Shown in pieces: positions 11,815 to 23,519 of a DNA stretch of 64,000 nt. The notes beneath the pieces were generated by a model that was not told the origin of the DNA, made no database searches, and saw only the letters and a list, made by a program, of their open reading frames with translations. Source of the DNA: Leucoraja ocellata (Eukaryota). The DNA lies in contig JAWMAR010000043.1 in NCBI GenBank assembly GCA_036785375.1, positions 3,224,001 through 3,288,000 of the forward strand. Reading direction: 5' to 3'. Both the position numbers and the translations under genes were made by a program. Position 1 is the first letter of the stretch, and the number at the start of each line of letters is the position of its first letter.

Positions 11815-12115
11815 TTTTGGCCCACTGAATCCATGACGACCATCTATTTACACTAACCAAATAGTCATCGCAATTTTTCTTTCCCTAATTCCATTCAATT
11901 CCCCTGAAGATTCTACCATTCACCCACACAATAGGGACAATTTACAGTCGCCATTTATCCTACAAATCCAACACATCTTTGTGATGCGAGGAGAAACCAG
12001 GTCACCAAGGGAAAATCCACATAGTTATGGAAGAATGCACAGATTACACAAATGAATGAACCTAGGTGTCAGGCACTATAAGGCAGTGGTACCATCAGGT
12101 GTGTCATTCTGCCAC
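11815..12115 (-). mobile_element. Diverged HE1-type V-SINE
   Basis: Degenerate head, V-domain and tail on the reverse strand. Confidence 0.6.
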
Positions 12116-12144
12116 CCTTTAGTGGAATGTACATGTGTGAATGT

Positions 12145-12680
12145 GAATATACTGTGAGCAAATTTGGACCCCATATCTGAGGAAGAATGTGCTGGCTTTG
12201 GAGAGGGTCCAGAGGAGGTTTACACAAATTATTCTAGGAATGAGTGAGTAAGCATATGATGAGCACTGGGCCCCTACGCGCTGGAGTTTAGAAGGTTGAG
12301 GGGGGGCCTCATTGAAACTTACAGAATAATGAAAGGCATAGATAGTGGATGTGGGAAGGATGTTTCCACTGGTGGGAGAGTCTAGGACCAGAGGTCATAG
12401 CCTCAGATTTTAAGGGTGCTCTTTTGGAAAGGAGGTGAGGAGGAACTTTTTTAGTCACAGGGCAGTTAATCTGTGGAATTTATTGCCACAGAGGGCTGTG
12501 GAGTCCAAGTCAGTGGATATTTTTAAGGCAGATATACAAATTCTTGATTAGAATGGGTGTCAAGGGTTATGGGGAGAAGGCAGGAAAATGGGATTTGGAG
12601 GAAGAGATCAGCCATGATTGAATGACGGAGTAGACCCGACGGGCTGAATCGCCTAATTCTACTCCTATAACTTGGGAACT
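12145..12680 (+). mobile_element. CR1 3' fragment, frameshifted
   Basis: EYCEQIWTPYLRKNVLALERVQRRFT...LEFRRLRGGLIETYRIMKG...VNLWNLLPQRAVE, then 3' UTR. Confidence 0.9.
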
Positions 12681-12777
12681 TGGACCTTTAGCAACTGAGT
12701 ATAACTTTTGATACCTTGTCATATCAGGCATTATCATTGGTTGAACTCTCCAATCTCAACCTGAAATGTTGGCAATT

Positions 12778-12910
12778 TAAGGGGCTGTCCCACTTGGGCG
12801 TCATTTGCGCATCATTTACACAACATCATTTACACGCCATGACGCGACGTGGTGGCATAGACAGTGAGGACGGGCCCTTTATTGTCCTCCGTGCTGAGCT
12901 CCCGTGATTT
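12778..12910 (+). mobile_element. Partial PIF/Harbinger-type MITE (left end)
   Basis: TTAAGGGGCTGTCCCACTT matches the TIR of the MITEs at 17443 and 44345. Right end not found. Confidence 0.5.
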
Positions 12911-13091
12911 TTTTAACGTACTGTCAATAGTTTTGCATCAGTAGCAGCAATTTTGAAATGCATTGGCAACAAGTTTGAGATGTTGCTCCCGAGGAGGTAT
13001 GCAGGACAGTGATCCAGTGTGAAGCTAGTAGACATCCGCTTCCTCTCAATGGAGCTGTTATTCCTCTCAATGATGGCGGGCAATTGATTTA

Positions 13092-13263
13092 GTTACCTAA
13101 AATTTAAGATTTCCATGTTCATACCATTTGGTCGTAAGCTACTCAAGTGGAAAATGAGGTGCTGTTCCTCCAGGTTGCATGTGGCCTCAATCTGGCAATG
13201 GAGGAGGCTCAAGACAGAAAGGTCAGTATAGGAATGGGAAGGGGAGTTAAAATGGTTAGCAAC
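13092..13263 (-). mobile_element. Penelope-like element GIY-YIG C-terminal fragment
   Basis: NHFNSPSHSYTDLSVLSLLHCQIEATCNLEEQHLIFHLSSLRPNGMNME, homologous to the end of ORF 61559-62056. Confidence 0.88.
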
Positions 13264-13394
13264 TAAAAGAACACTTTTGCTACCTTGAAAAATGCCAGCA
13301 ACCAATTAAAATGCATTATTAGATTTATTAAAATTAATGTATTTAATCTGGTAGAATGAAAACAAATTGCGAATTCACAATTTAGAGGGCAGGG

Positions 13395-13995
13395 CTCCGC
13401 CAAGACCTGCTTGATCTCCCACATGTTTAACCATTTCAACTCCTCTTCTTGTTCCCATACTGATCTTCCTGACCTCCTCAATTGCCAAAGTGAGGTCACA
13501 AAAAAACAAGAACAACAACCCAACAGTATTGACTTCTAAAATTTTAGATAACTGCATAACCCTCCCTCTCCATTCTTCCCCCATAATTGCCCCCTTATTT
13601 TCCCCAATTCTCTCTCCCCCCCCTCCTCCTCCGGCACCCTGTGCCCTCTCTGGACTCACACCCATTCTCCCTCCCCTTCTACCTACATTCCTACTTTGCA
13701 ATTTGTAACTTCAGTCCTTACGTCTCGCACTTTCTGTCTTTTCATCTCTGGTGTTTGTCCAACCATTCGTCTATCAAAAAGCCCTCCTCACCTGTATCAA
13801 CCTCATACCTGCCAGGCTGAGTCCTGCCCCTCCTCCCTTCCAGCTACCTTTCCCCCACCCCTGACGATCAGTCTGAAGAAAAAGCCCGACCCAAAACGCC
13901 ACCTATCCATATTCTCCAGGGATGCTGCCTGACCCAGTTACAGCAGCACTTTGAGACTTCTCTTGCAAACCAATATCTGTAGTCCCTTATTTCTA
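13395..13995 (+). mobile_element. Penelope-like element 3' part (decayed GIY-YIG end, pyrimidine-rich UTR, terminal repeat)
   Basis: NHFNSSSCSHTDL-like segment, C/T-rich UTR, then GTCTGAAGAA...GACCCAAAACGCCACC...GATGCTGCCTGACCC. Inverted relative to 13092-13263. Confidence 0.75.
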
Positions 13996-13999
13996 CAAT

Positions 14000-14310
14000 A
14001 AATGATCAGTTACGCTACATAAATCACACCATAATAGTGCAAAGTCCATGGTAGTTTCATTCTGAGGTAGTTTGTGTACTGTTAGGGTTGTGCAGAATAG
14101 TTCATGAGCCTAATGGTTGATGAGAAGAAGTTGATCTTGAACCAGGAGGTAGTGGTTCTCAGCCTCCTGCACCTTGTTCCCGATGATACCTGTGAGAAGG
14201 GAGGGTCGGCTACGGTGGTGTGGGTCTTTGATGATATTACTGTAGGTGTCTTCTTGAGGCAGTGCTTCCTAAACCTATTCAATGGGGACAGGTCAATACC
14301 TGTCCACCAC
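14000..14310 (-). mobile_element. Rex1/Babar 3' fragment, diverged
   Basis: PFSQVSSGTRCRRLRTTTSWFKINFFSSTIRLMN matches the LPSGRRYRSL...SFFP.AIRLLN motif. Confidence 0.7.
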
Positions 14311-15290
14311 TTAATGCATTATTTGAATGCTTTTTTCCTTCATCCTTCGAACATTCAGCATTTGAAACATTCTTCACGTCGTTAAGCTATATTTCCAGTT
14401 GAATTTTATTTTATTGGGGTGTTCTACTACCTGCTTTTTGACTGGTATTCAATGGAAACAATCATTTACATGCAGAATCAGCCATAATTGCTACTAGGAA
14501 TTCATTTACATTTTAAATACATTGCTAAATCAATATCAAATTTATTGGTCTACTTTGTGAAATAAAACTATATTCAAAGGAAGTCCAAAGATGAATAATT
14601 TATTTGAAAGAAGGTAGTTTGAGTAGCAGTCTTTTACAGATTAAACCAATAAATTTACAACCCAAAGTGGGCAGTGTAATTCCTAGTAAATTAGGTGAAA
14701 TAGATTTTTTTAAATGTCAGAGAAAATAATTTGCAATATATTGTCGTAACATGTGGACACATTGTATAATCATATTCCCCATAAATTAGGCTCAGTAAAT
14801 TTGTTTGGTTTCAGATTGATGCTATGATGTCAGAGGGTAACTTAAACATCATTTAAATCACTGACGTTTCCATCAGCAACATTTATGTCGCATCTCAAAC
14901 ATTGAAAAATATACCCAAGGAAAGGAAAGTTGCAGGGTAGGATTTTCTTTTGATTTGATGATGTAATCTGATCACTGTTTGTTTAAAAAAAATGATTGTG
15001 TCTTTTATGATAGGTCGACTTATTCTGTATCCTTCTCCCACCGTTGAACTCCTTAAATTATCTCTATTAACCTTCCTTTCATGTCTGTGTGTAGTCTGGT
15101 ACTGTGCATTAAAAGATTAAATATTTTAGAAGTCATTTGAAAGATTATCGGTAATCTCTTAAGGTCTTTTGATCATTTCAGAGATGATTATACTCTTAAG
15201 ATGTAAGAACATTACTTTCAAGATTCATCCTCTCTTAGAATATAATATAGCAGATTTCTCCCTATAAACCTTTACCAGCGAGCTCCAGGT

Positions 15291-15810
15291 CAGTGCTTCT
15301 TAAACTGGTGAATGGTTCACCTAAGGGCGAATGAAATTATTTTGGGGTGAATGAAACTAGATGGGTGAATGACAATATATTCAGATATTTATGTATATTT
15401 TTTCTGTACTTAAAAAAGGCATTGCCATTAAAGTGGTTTGGTTTTAGCTCTTATCGGGTTTTAATGGCAGTGGAGCTGAAAATTTGATTTTTTTTCTCAC
15501 TACCTATGGTTTACTAATTTCAAAGTAGTAGGATATTTCCTAAATTTACGGTAGTATAATCTTTTAGAGAAGACAAGACGAGCTAGTTGATTCATAAATT
15601 TATACACGGCAACACTGGAGGATCGTCGTAGACAACTGTTGAAGTGTAACTTTAATTTGTGTAGCAACTTAGCTATCAAATTTGATATTTGGTAGTATTG
15701 TGAGCTTTCAAAGGGGAGAGTTATAGAAAGTTATATTAGTTGGATACTAATATATTAAATCACATACTCCATGGTTTTTTGAGCTAGGTTTCAAATTAAG
15801 AAAAACTGCA
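15291..15810. mobile_element. Possible decayed hAT (Charlie-like) non-autonomous element
   Basis: Starts CAGTGCTTCTTAAACT, with subterminal GGTGAATG repeats and an imperfect inverted match at 15793-15808. No clean TSD. A second hAT-like end CAGGGATTCCCAACCTTTT lies at about 15889. Confidence 0.3.
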
Positions 15811-17018
15811 GTAATCAAATCCTGAAAGGGTAGGATGGGGCTGAAGCCCAGTGTTTTGACATTGGAATGGTTTTTTATCATCCGAATACAGGGATTCCCA
15901 ACCTTTTCGCCCCGTTTACCCCAGGCAAATTTAATAGCACATAACAATGTTATTTCACCTATTTATGCACAACTAATGATGAATTATCTGGATGAGATCA
16001 AGGCATAATGGCCTGTGGAGTGAGTGCTGGAAAATGAGATTAGTAAATGTGCTCAACGTTCACCAAAATGTAAAGTGAACTCAGTTAGAAATGTAATGAT
16101 ATCCAACAAGAAACAGGTTAAATTGGTACGTGAAGAGAAACAGCACAGCTGAGAAGTTTTCTTTTACCTTTTTGTTTTCTTCTAAAACTGCTATGGCCTA
16201 AGGAATTGCCATGACAAGTTGTTTTTCTTAGTGTAGGTTTGGTATATAAAGGGTGAATTGTATTCAGTTATTGGACTGATCCCTGCTCCGGGATCCAAAA
16301 CAATGCTGGGACAAAACAAGCCAACAACCCTTGACTTCTCCACACCAGCCATGGACAGAAGGGCGTGAGACTCCATGCAACCAGCTCCTGCTCATATCAG
16401 TGGAGATACAACAAGCAGAAGGGCATGAGATTTGTGGGCTATTTAATCCTTTATTTATCCTTTAGCTGAATTTCACCATACTTTAATGATCTTTAATTTC
16501 TTTGTAATCTCAAAGTGTTCTTTCTTCAGCATTGACCCGAATCCTTGAAACCTACTTGTTTCCTTATAACCCAGAGGATGGTGCTGTCTAATGGAGAAGG
16601 TGGTAGAACCAGGTACTCTCACATTTAATAAACTTCTGAATGAGCACTTGTATTGATAAGGAATTTACTGCAAAAGTGATTTGTGTCAATAGGTATTCGA
16701 AGTTCAGCACAGACATGGTAGGGCAAAGGGCTTGTTTCGATGCTGAAAGTCTCTGACTTTATGACTTCCAAGTTTTTTTCATATCCACCTCCCACAACAT
16801 ATTTTACTCCCTAAAACAATTAATCTTCCATCTGAGTGTACATACATGCTCAGTGTATTACTTTGACCCAAATAGTTATCCTTCACACATGGGCAGAGGC
16901 AGTGTTGTTAGTCATAAATCTGAGGATAATCCTGTCCTCAAAATGTACCACATGCCTGCCAGGAAAAGAACCAATCAGTCTCGCTCCCACCCTCACTCCA
17001 GATGTCTCCTTCACAATA

Positions 17019-17313
17019 GGCGGCACAGTGGTGCAGCTGGTAGAGCTGCTATCTCAATGCCAAAGACCCAGTTCAATCCTTGGTTGCTCTCCGTGTGGAG
17101 TTTGCATGCTCTCTCAATGGCCTCCGTTATCTGGTTCCCTCCCTATCCCAAAGGCGAGCATATTTGTACATTAACTGACCTTTGTAAATTGCTCTGATTG
17201 TGCAGGGAGTGGATAAGTGGGATCACTTAGAACTAGTGTGAAGAGGTGATCAATAGTCAATGTGGACTCGATGAGCCAAAGAGCCTGTTTCCATGCTGTA
17301 TCTTTAAAATAAA
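17019..17313 (+). mobile_element. HE1-type V-SINE
   Basis: GGCGGCACAGTGGTGCAGCTGGTAGAGCTGC head, box-B-like GTTCAATCC, V-domain GTGTGGAGTTTGCATGCTCTC, CR1-type tail GCCTGTTTCCATGCTGTAT. Confidence 0.88.
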
Positions 17314-17364
17314 CATACCCATTCCTGAACTCACACCTCCTGTTCTTTCACTCTCCAGATGCTC

Positions 17365-17862
17365 TTAGTTTGAGAGATACAGCACGGAAACAAACCCTTC
17401 GGCCCACCAGGTCCATGCCGACCACCGATCACCGCACAGTAAAGGGCCTGTCCCACTTTCATGACCTAATTCACGATCTCTGCCGAGTTTTTCCTTGAGT
17501 CATACTTGCAGCCTGGTCATCAGGAGGTCGTAGGTAGGTCGTGATACTAGTCGTAGGTACTCGTGGCATCAAATAGGTCGGAGCGTTTTTCTAGCCTGAT
17601 GAAATGTCCACGAATAAAAAAAGGTTGTGAAAGTGCCCTTAACACTAACGATTTTTACATTTACCAAGCCAATTGACCTACAAACCTGTACGTCTTTGGA
17701 ATGTGGGAGGAAACCAAAGATCACGGAGAAAACCCACGCAGGTCATAGGGAGAACTTACAAACTCCGTACAATCAGCACCCATAGTCGGGATCGAACCTG
17801 GGTCCCCGGCGCTGCATTCACTGTAAGGCAGCAACTCTACCGCTGTGCTACCGTGACTGCCC
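17365..17862 (-). mobile_element. HE1-type V-SINE interrupted by a MITE
   Basis: Well-preserved head (GGTAGAGTTGCTGCCTTACAG...GGTTCGATCCCG), V-domain and tail on the reverse strand. Confidence 0.9.
17443..17639. mobile_element. PIF/Harbinger-type MITE
   Basis: Left TIR AGGGCCTGTCCCACTTTCA, partly deleted right TIR GTGAAAGTGCCCT. TAA duplicated at 17440-17442 and 17640-17642. Confidence 0.75.
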
Positions 17863-18559
17863 TCTTGCTGTCTCCACTACAACCCCCCCCAACTCCACCT
17901 CTCCTCACGGTTTTTCAACCTTCATCAGATCCTCTGACGAACCACTGTTGTAACCGATCTCATGGAAAATGTTCATGGGTAATCAGTACACAGAAAATAA
18001 GAATTAATGTAATCAATTCTGAATTTGAATCAACAAATAATTGCTTGGAGGCTCTGATGAGCTTTATTTAAAAGGTCACGTACATTCTGATGCACGATTG
18101 CACAGTTGTGAAGCTTTTCAAGTCTGCATTCTGGCTGCTTGTTTTATTTTTATGGTGAACAGATCCTATTTTTATCAACAGTTGAACCAAGAGAATAGTT
18201 TGTTCCATTACAACAATGATTATTGCAATCATTCCTGATTAAATATTCGTTATAACCAATGAGACATTAAATTAGTCTTTCCCCAAGACCTCCCTCGAAT
18301 GTAACCCAAGATTGAGCCTGTACATTTGCTGATAACTGATATTGTAATGTGCACTGGGTATAAAAGCAATTTAAATGTCTTGGTGACACCATCATACTGC
18401 CATCTTCTCATTGCTTGATTTCACCTCTGGGATCTCTAGTAACTTAAATAATGTAGGACGTTGTAAATTGCAAGTCACCCGAACTCCAATACCATTACTT
18501 CCAGTGCCACGTGTTAGTGAGTGTAGGAATAGAAGGATAGTTCAGGTGGATGCAAGGGT

Positions 18560-19260
18560 GAATAATTGGTGCAGGGATTCAGAGTTTTGGACCATTGGTC
18601 TCTCTTCTGGGGCATAGGTGACCTGTAGCAGAGGGACGGGTTGTTCCAGAGAATGCAGAAATTTACAAAGACGGTGCCACGACTCAAGAACCTGAGCGAA
18701 AGGGAAATGTTTGACATGCCAGGACTTTATTCCTTGGAGTGCACAATGGATAGAAGAATCAAGAACTAAAGGGCATATGTTTAAGGTGAGAGGCAGTGGC
18801 GTAGCGTGGGGGGGGGGGGGCAGTGGGGCGGTTGCCCCGGACGCTAAATTTTTAGGGGCGCAAAAAAATAGTTGAATAAATTTTTTAAATAAAATTAAGA
18901 GGCCCGGGGAGCCGTTGGATCGAGGAGGGGTTACCTGGAGCTGTGAGTATAAAAACAGCGCGGGCCAGGCCGCCGCTGCCGCCGCCCCAGCTCCGAGTTC
19001 TGGTCGCCGCTGCCGCTGTCCCAGCCGCCACTGCCTCTGCCCCCCCCGCCGCACCCGCCCCGCCCCCGCCTCTGCCCCGCCCCCCCCCCCCCCGCTAATG
19101 AGGAGGCGCAAAACTTTAAACTGCCCCGGGCGCTCAAAACCCACCCTACGCCACTGGTGAGAGGGGAAAGATTTGATAGGAAAATCTGAAGGGCAACTTT
19201 TTTCCACACAGAGGGTAATACATTTAAGAGACAAGCGGCCAAAGGAGGTAGTTGCTGTCT
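18560..19260 (+). mobile_element. Old CR1 3' fragment hosting a hAT MITE
   Basis: SRTKGHMFKVRG is split by the MITE and continues ERFDRK...FFSTQRV. Confidence 0.75.
18794..19156. mobile_element. hAT-superfamily non-autonomous element (MITE), GC/CpG-rich
   Basis: Perfect 11-bp TIR CAGTGGCGTAG/CTACGCCACTG. Perfect 8-bp TSD GTGAGAGG at 18786-18793 and 19157-19164. Confidence 0.93.
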
Positions 19261-19854
19261 GCATGAGATGCAAGATTGTAGGTCAATTGGACAAGTACAA
19301 ATTGCCCCTACTTTGTATGGAGTGGATGCAAAAGTGGGATGAAATTGAACAGTGTGAACGGGTGATTGATAGCTGGCTCTTCAGTGTCCAAAGGGTCCCT
19401 TTTCACACTATATATTTCAATCAATCTTTTCACTTTAAAACATTTCACTCAAAGTAGACACTTTGAATGCAGAGCTCATAACAATTTAGAGACGCAAGAG
19501 ACAGAATGCTGTAAACTGGACCAAAATGTGATGCAGTGATTCAACTGAATAGTTGACCATCTCCTCCTTTCACAGATGCTGCTTGACCCACTGAGTCCTC
19601 CACCGCTATGTTTTATTTTGCTCATTACTTTTGAGTGCAGCCAACACAATTGGTAATGGTAAGAGTTTTGACTGGAAAGTGGGGGATGGTAAAATCAAAA
19701 TAATCTGCTGGTGCTCATTGTCCAATGGAAGCTCTAGTTACAGGGGCATGGCATCTGTAATCCCACCCCGTCTCACATGAAGTATGTTGTAATTCTTATT
19801 ATTGAAGATGTTACAATCGTTAATTATTACTCATTGCATTCACAAAGGGAAATA

Positions 19855-21457
19855 CAGTGCATTGAGAAAGTATTCAGACCCCTTCACTTTTTCTACATTT
19901 TGTTACATTACAGTCTTATTCTAAAATTGATTACAGTCATTTTTTTAATCATCAAACTACACACATTACCTCATAATATAAAAGCGAAAACAGGTGTTCA
20001 GAAATGTTTGCAAAGTCATTAAAAAGAAATAACTGAAATATCACATTTACATAAGTATTCAGACCCTTTGCTGTGACTCTCAAAATTGAGCTTCGGTGCA
20101 TCCTGTTTCCATTGATTATCCTTGAAATGTTTCTACAACTTGATTGGAGTCCACAAGTGGTAAATTAAATTGATTGTACATGATTTGGAAAGGCACACAC
20201 CTGTCTATATAAGGTCCCACAGTTGACAGTGCGTGTCAGAGCAAAAACCAAACCATGAAGACGAAGGGATTGTCTGTAGATCTCCGAGACAGGGTTGTGT
20301 TGAGACACAGATCTGGGGAAGGGTATAAAACATTTTTTGCAGCATTGCAGGTCCCGAAGAGCACAGTGGCCTCCGTCATTCTTAAATAGAAGAACTTTGA
20401 AACCATCAGGACTCTTCATAGAGCTGGCCACCCGGCCAAACTGAGCAATGAGGGGAGAAGGGCCTTGGTCAGGGAGGTGACCAAGAACCCGATGGTCACT
20501 CTGACAGAGCTCCAGAGTTCCTCTGTGGAGATGGGAGAAACTTCCAGAAGGACAACTATATCTGCAGCACTCCACCAATCAGGCCTTTATTGTAGAGTGG
20601 CCAGACAGAAGCCACTGCTCAGTAAAAGGCACATGACAGCCCGCTTGGAGTTTGCCAAAAGGCACCTAACCAAGATTCCCTGGCCTGATGAAACCAAGAT
20701 TGAACTCTTTGGTCTGAATGCCAAGTGTCACATCTGGAGGAAACCAGGCACCGCTCAACACCTGGCCAATACCATACCTACGGTGAAGCATTGTGGTGGC
20801 AGCATCATGCTGTGGGGATGTTTTTCAGCAGCAGGAACTGGGAGACTAGTCAGGGTCGAGGGAAAGATGAACGGAGCAAAGTACAGAAAGATCCTTGATG
20901 AAAATCTGCTCCAGAGTGTTCAGGACCTCAGACTGGGGCAGAGGTTCACCTTCCAACAGGACAATGACCCAAAGCTCACAGCCAAGACAACACAGGAGTG
21001 GCTTTGTGACAAGTCTGTGAATGCCTTAAGTGGCCCCGCCAGAGCCCAGACTTGAACCCGATCGAATATCTCTGGAGGGACCTGAAAATAGCTGTGCATC
21101 AACACTCCCCATCCAACCTGACAGAGCTTGAGAGGATCTGCAGAGACGAATGAGAGAAATTATCCAAACACAAGCTTGTAGCGTGATACCCAAGAAGACT
21201 CGAGGCTGTAATCACTGCCAAAAGTGCCTCAATAAAGTATTGAGTAAATGGTCTGAATACTTATGTAAATGTGATATTAGTTATTTATTTTTAATTATTT
21301 TGCAAAAATTTCTAAATACCTGTTTTCACTTTTTTATTGTGGGCTATTATGTGTAGATTGCTGATAAAAAAAATGAATTTAATCTATTTTAGAATAAGGC
21401 TGTAATGTAACAAAATGTGGAAAAAGTGAAGGGTCTGAATACTTTCTCAATGCACTG
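19855..21457 (+). mobile_element. Full-length Tc1 transposon, IR/DR type (1603 bp)
   Basis: TA TSD at 19853-19854 and 21458-21459. TIRs of about 215 bp start CAGTGCATTGAGAAAGTATTCAGACCC, with inner direct repeat AAGTATTCAGACCC at about 20053. Internal transposase remnant. Confidence 0.98.
20255..21243 (+). pseudogene. Tc1 DDE transposase pseudogene
   Basis: ATG at 20255 (MKTKGLSVDLRDRVV...). Premature TAG at 20387-20389. Motifs [29 protein letters not shown] and SPDLNPIE, the last reached through a frameshift near 21025-21040. Stop at 21241-21243. Confidence 0.95.
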
Positions 21458-21644
21458 TACAATTACAACAATCCATAAATTCAATGAACTGCATTATTGC
21501 CCAGAAATTATGAACAAATTGATCAAATGTCAAAGCGTAGTTGCTAGGGTCGACCCTGAGGAAACAGACCTGACCTGTGCTGAGGCAAGGTAATGTATAT
21601 ACACCCAGGAATCCTCCTCTTTTCCTTGTAACTCACCCGGACTC

Positions 21645-21830
21645 AGCTGTGCCAACCATCACTTGCCAGGCTTTGTCATGCTCCTCCTCTTTAAGCTTTC
21701 TCCCCTTTTTTCCTCCTGCCACCACCCCCCAGCCCCCACCACAATCTGAAGGGTCCCGACCCAAAACATCACCTATCCATGCTCTCCAGAAATGCTGGCT
21801 GACTGAGTTACACCAGCACTTTGTGCCTTT
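21645..21830 (+). mobile_element. PLE 3' UTR and terminal-repeat fragment
   Basis: Similar to 13800-13950. Contains TCTGAAGGGTCCCGACCCAAAACATCACC. Confidence 0.7.
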
Positions 21831-22497
21831 TTTCCCCACATATGTGACCCTGTAAACATCTGTGGAGGCTTTCCTCAGCCAAATCTTGTCTTTACACAGT
21901 GAAAGCAATCCATTTTTAGCATAATGGTCAGCAATATATTTACAAACATAGCATTTTACCAAATTTCTACAATTGAGCAATTTAACTCCTTAATCCCAGA
22001 CACCTTCTGTTTATCTTAACTTTAACATTTAATATAAAACATAAGTCCTGAACATTGTCCTGGGAAAAGGAGAACATATTAAATAGACAATAGACAAATC
22101 CTCTGATAATTTTATCATTGCACGTTTGAACCACAAGGGGGTACAAATGAACAATGGAAAATCTTCAAACTCAATTCATCCCCATTTCTCAGCTGCCGTA
22201 TCATGTGCTGGTTATTGGCAGGTTATTTCAATGGTTTGAATTTTTGGTATTTGGTATTTAACTTGGGTCTGGAGTATTTATTCATTTTTTAATTAGTGTG
22301 CGGGTACTTTCAATAAGATCTGAAAAAATTCAGATGAATTAAATTTCATTCCACATAAAGTGGCAACTAAATTGATATAAAATGCATCCTCAATATTATT
22401 TTGAAGATGCTCTTTTAGTTTTGTCCTTTCTATCTGGGAATTTCCTAGGAGTTCATTCCACTCCACAGCTGTGAAACGGTTGTTCTTCTATCACACT

Positions 22498-23146
22498 TAG
22501 AAACATAGAAACATAGAAATTAGGTGCAGGAGTAGGCCATTCGGCCCTTCGAGCCTGCACCGCCATTCAATATGATCATGGCTGATCATCCAACTCAGTA
22601 TCCCGTACCTGCCTTCTCTCCATACCCTCTGATCCCCTTGGCCACAAGGGCCACATCTAACTCCCTCTTAAATATAGCCAATGAACTGGCCTCAACTACC
22701 CTCTGTGGCAGAGAGTTCCAGAGATTCACCACTCTCTGTGTGAAAAAAGTTCTTCTCATCTCGGTTTTAAAGGATTTCCCCCTTATCCTTAAGCTGTGAC
22801 CCCTTGTCCTGGACTTCCCCAACATCGGGAACAATCTTCCTGCATCTAGCCTGTCCAACCCCTTAAGAATTTTGTAAGTTTCTATAAGATCCCCTCTCAA
22901 TCTCCTAAATTCTAGAGAGTATAAACCAAGTCTATCCAGTCTTTCTTCATAAGACAGTCCTGACATCCGAGGAATCAGTCTGGTGAACCTTCTCTGCACT
23001 CCCCCTATGGCAATAATGTCCTTCCTCAGATTTGGAGACCAAAACTGCACGCAATACTCCAGGTGTGGTCTCACCAAGACCCTGTACAACTGCAGTAGAA
23101 CCTCCCTGCTCCTATACTCAAATCCTCTTGCTATGAAAGCCAACAT
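22498..23146 (-). mobile_element. Young CR1 3' fragment with an intact 183-aa ORF2 end
   Basis: ORF 22595-23146 MLAFIARGFEYRSREVLLQLYRVLVRPHLEYCVQFWSP...GYGEKAGTGY, 3' UTR and (TTCTATGT)n tail. Confidence 0.97.
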
Positions 23147-23519
23147 AAGCCAGCAACTTAAGTGCTCCTGCTACACTATCAGCAATATTACAATAGCCAA
23201 CCCAAGAAGAATGAAGTCCAAAACCTCAGGAGAGCAGGAAGAAATATTATACGGAGATTCCCTGCCGTAAAGTTAGTAAATTGAATCTTCCCTCCTGTAA
23301 GTAATTTTGAATTTAATAAGATCTTGGGGGAGAGCCTTTTGAGTAAATTCACACAGTCTGAACATTCAGAGGAGGGGAACTTGGAAGTTTAGCCAAGATT
23401 CCATTACTTTGGTGTGCATGCACAAAGATTTACTGCAAATGGATTCTACCTGACCTTGAGATATTTTTTAACATATTTACAGCTCATGTAAAAAGACATT
23501 AATGCAGTTTGAATTTGAA

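Noticed and set aside
16237-16364. AG/GT-bounded open segment (VWYIKGELYSVIGLIPAPG...)
   Set aside because: Weak donor context, unrecognised peptide and no partner exons; compatible with chance.
17019-17090. tRNA-like sequences here and at other SINE heads
   Set aside because: They continue into V-domain and LINE tail and lack a full cloverleaf, so they are SINE heads.
18542-19273. 243-aa Gly/Ala/Arg-rich ORF
   Set aside because: Reads through a GC-rich MITE and antisense CR1; stop-poor by composition.
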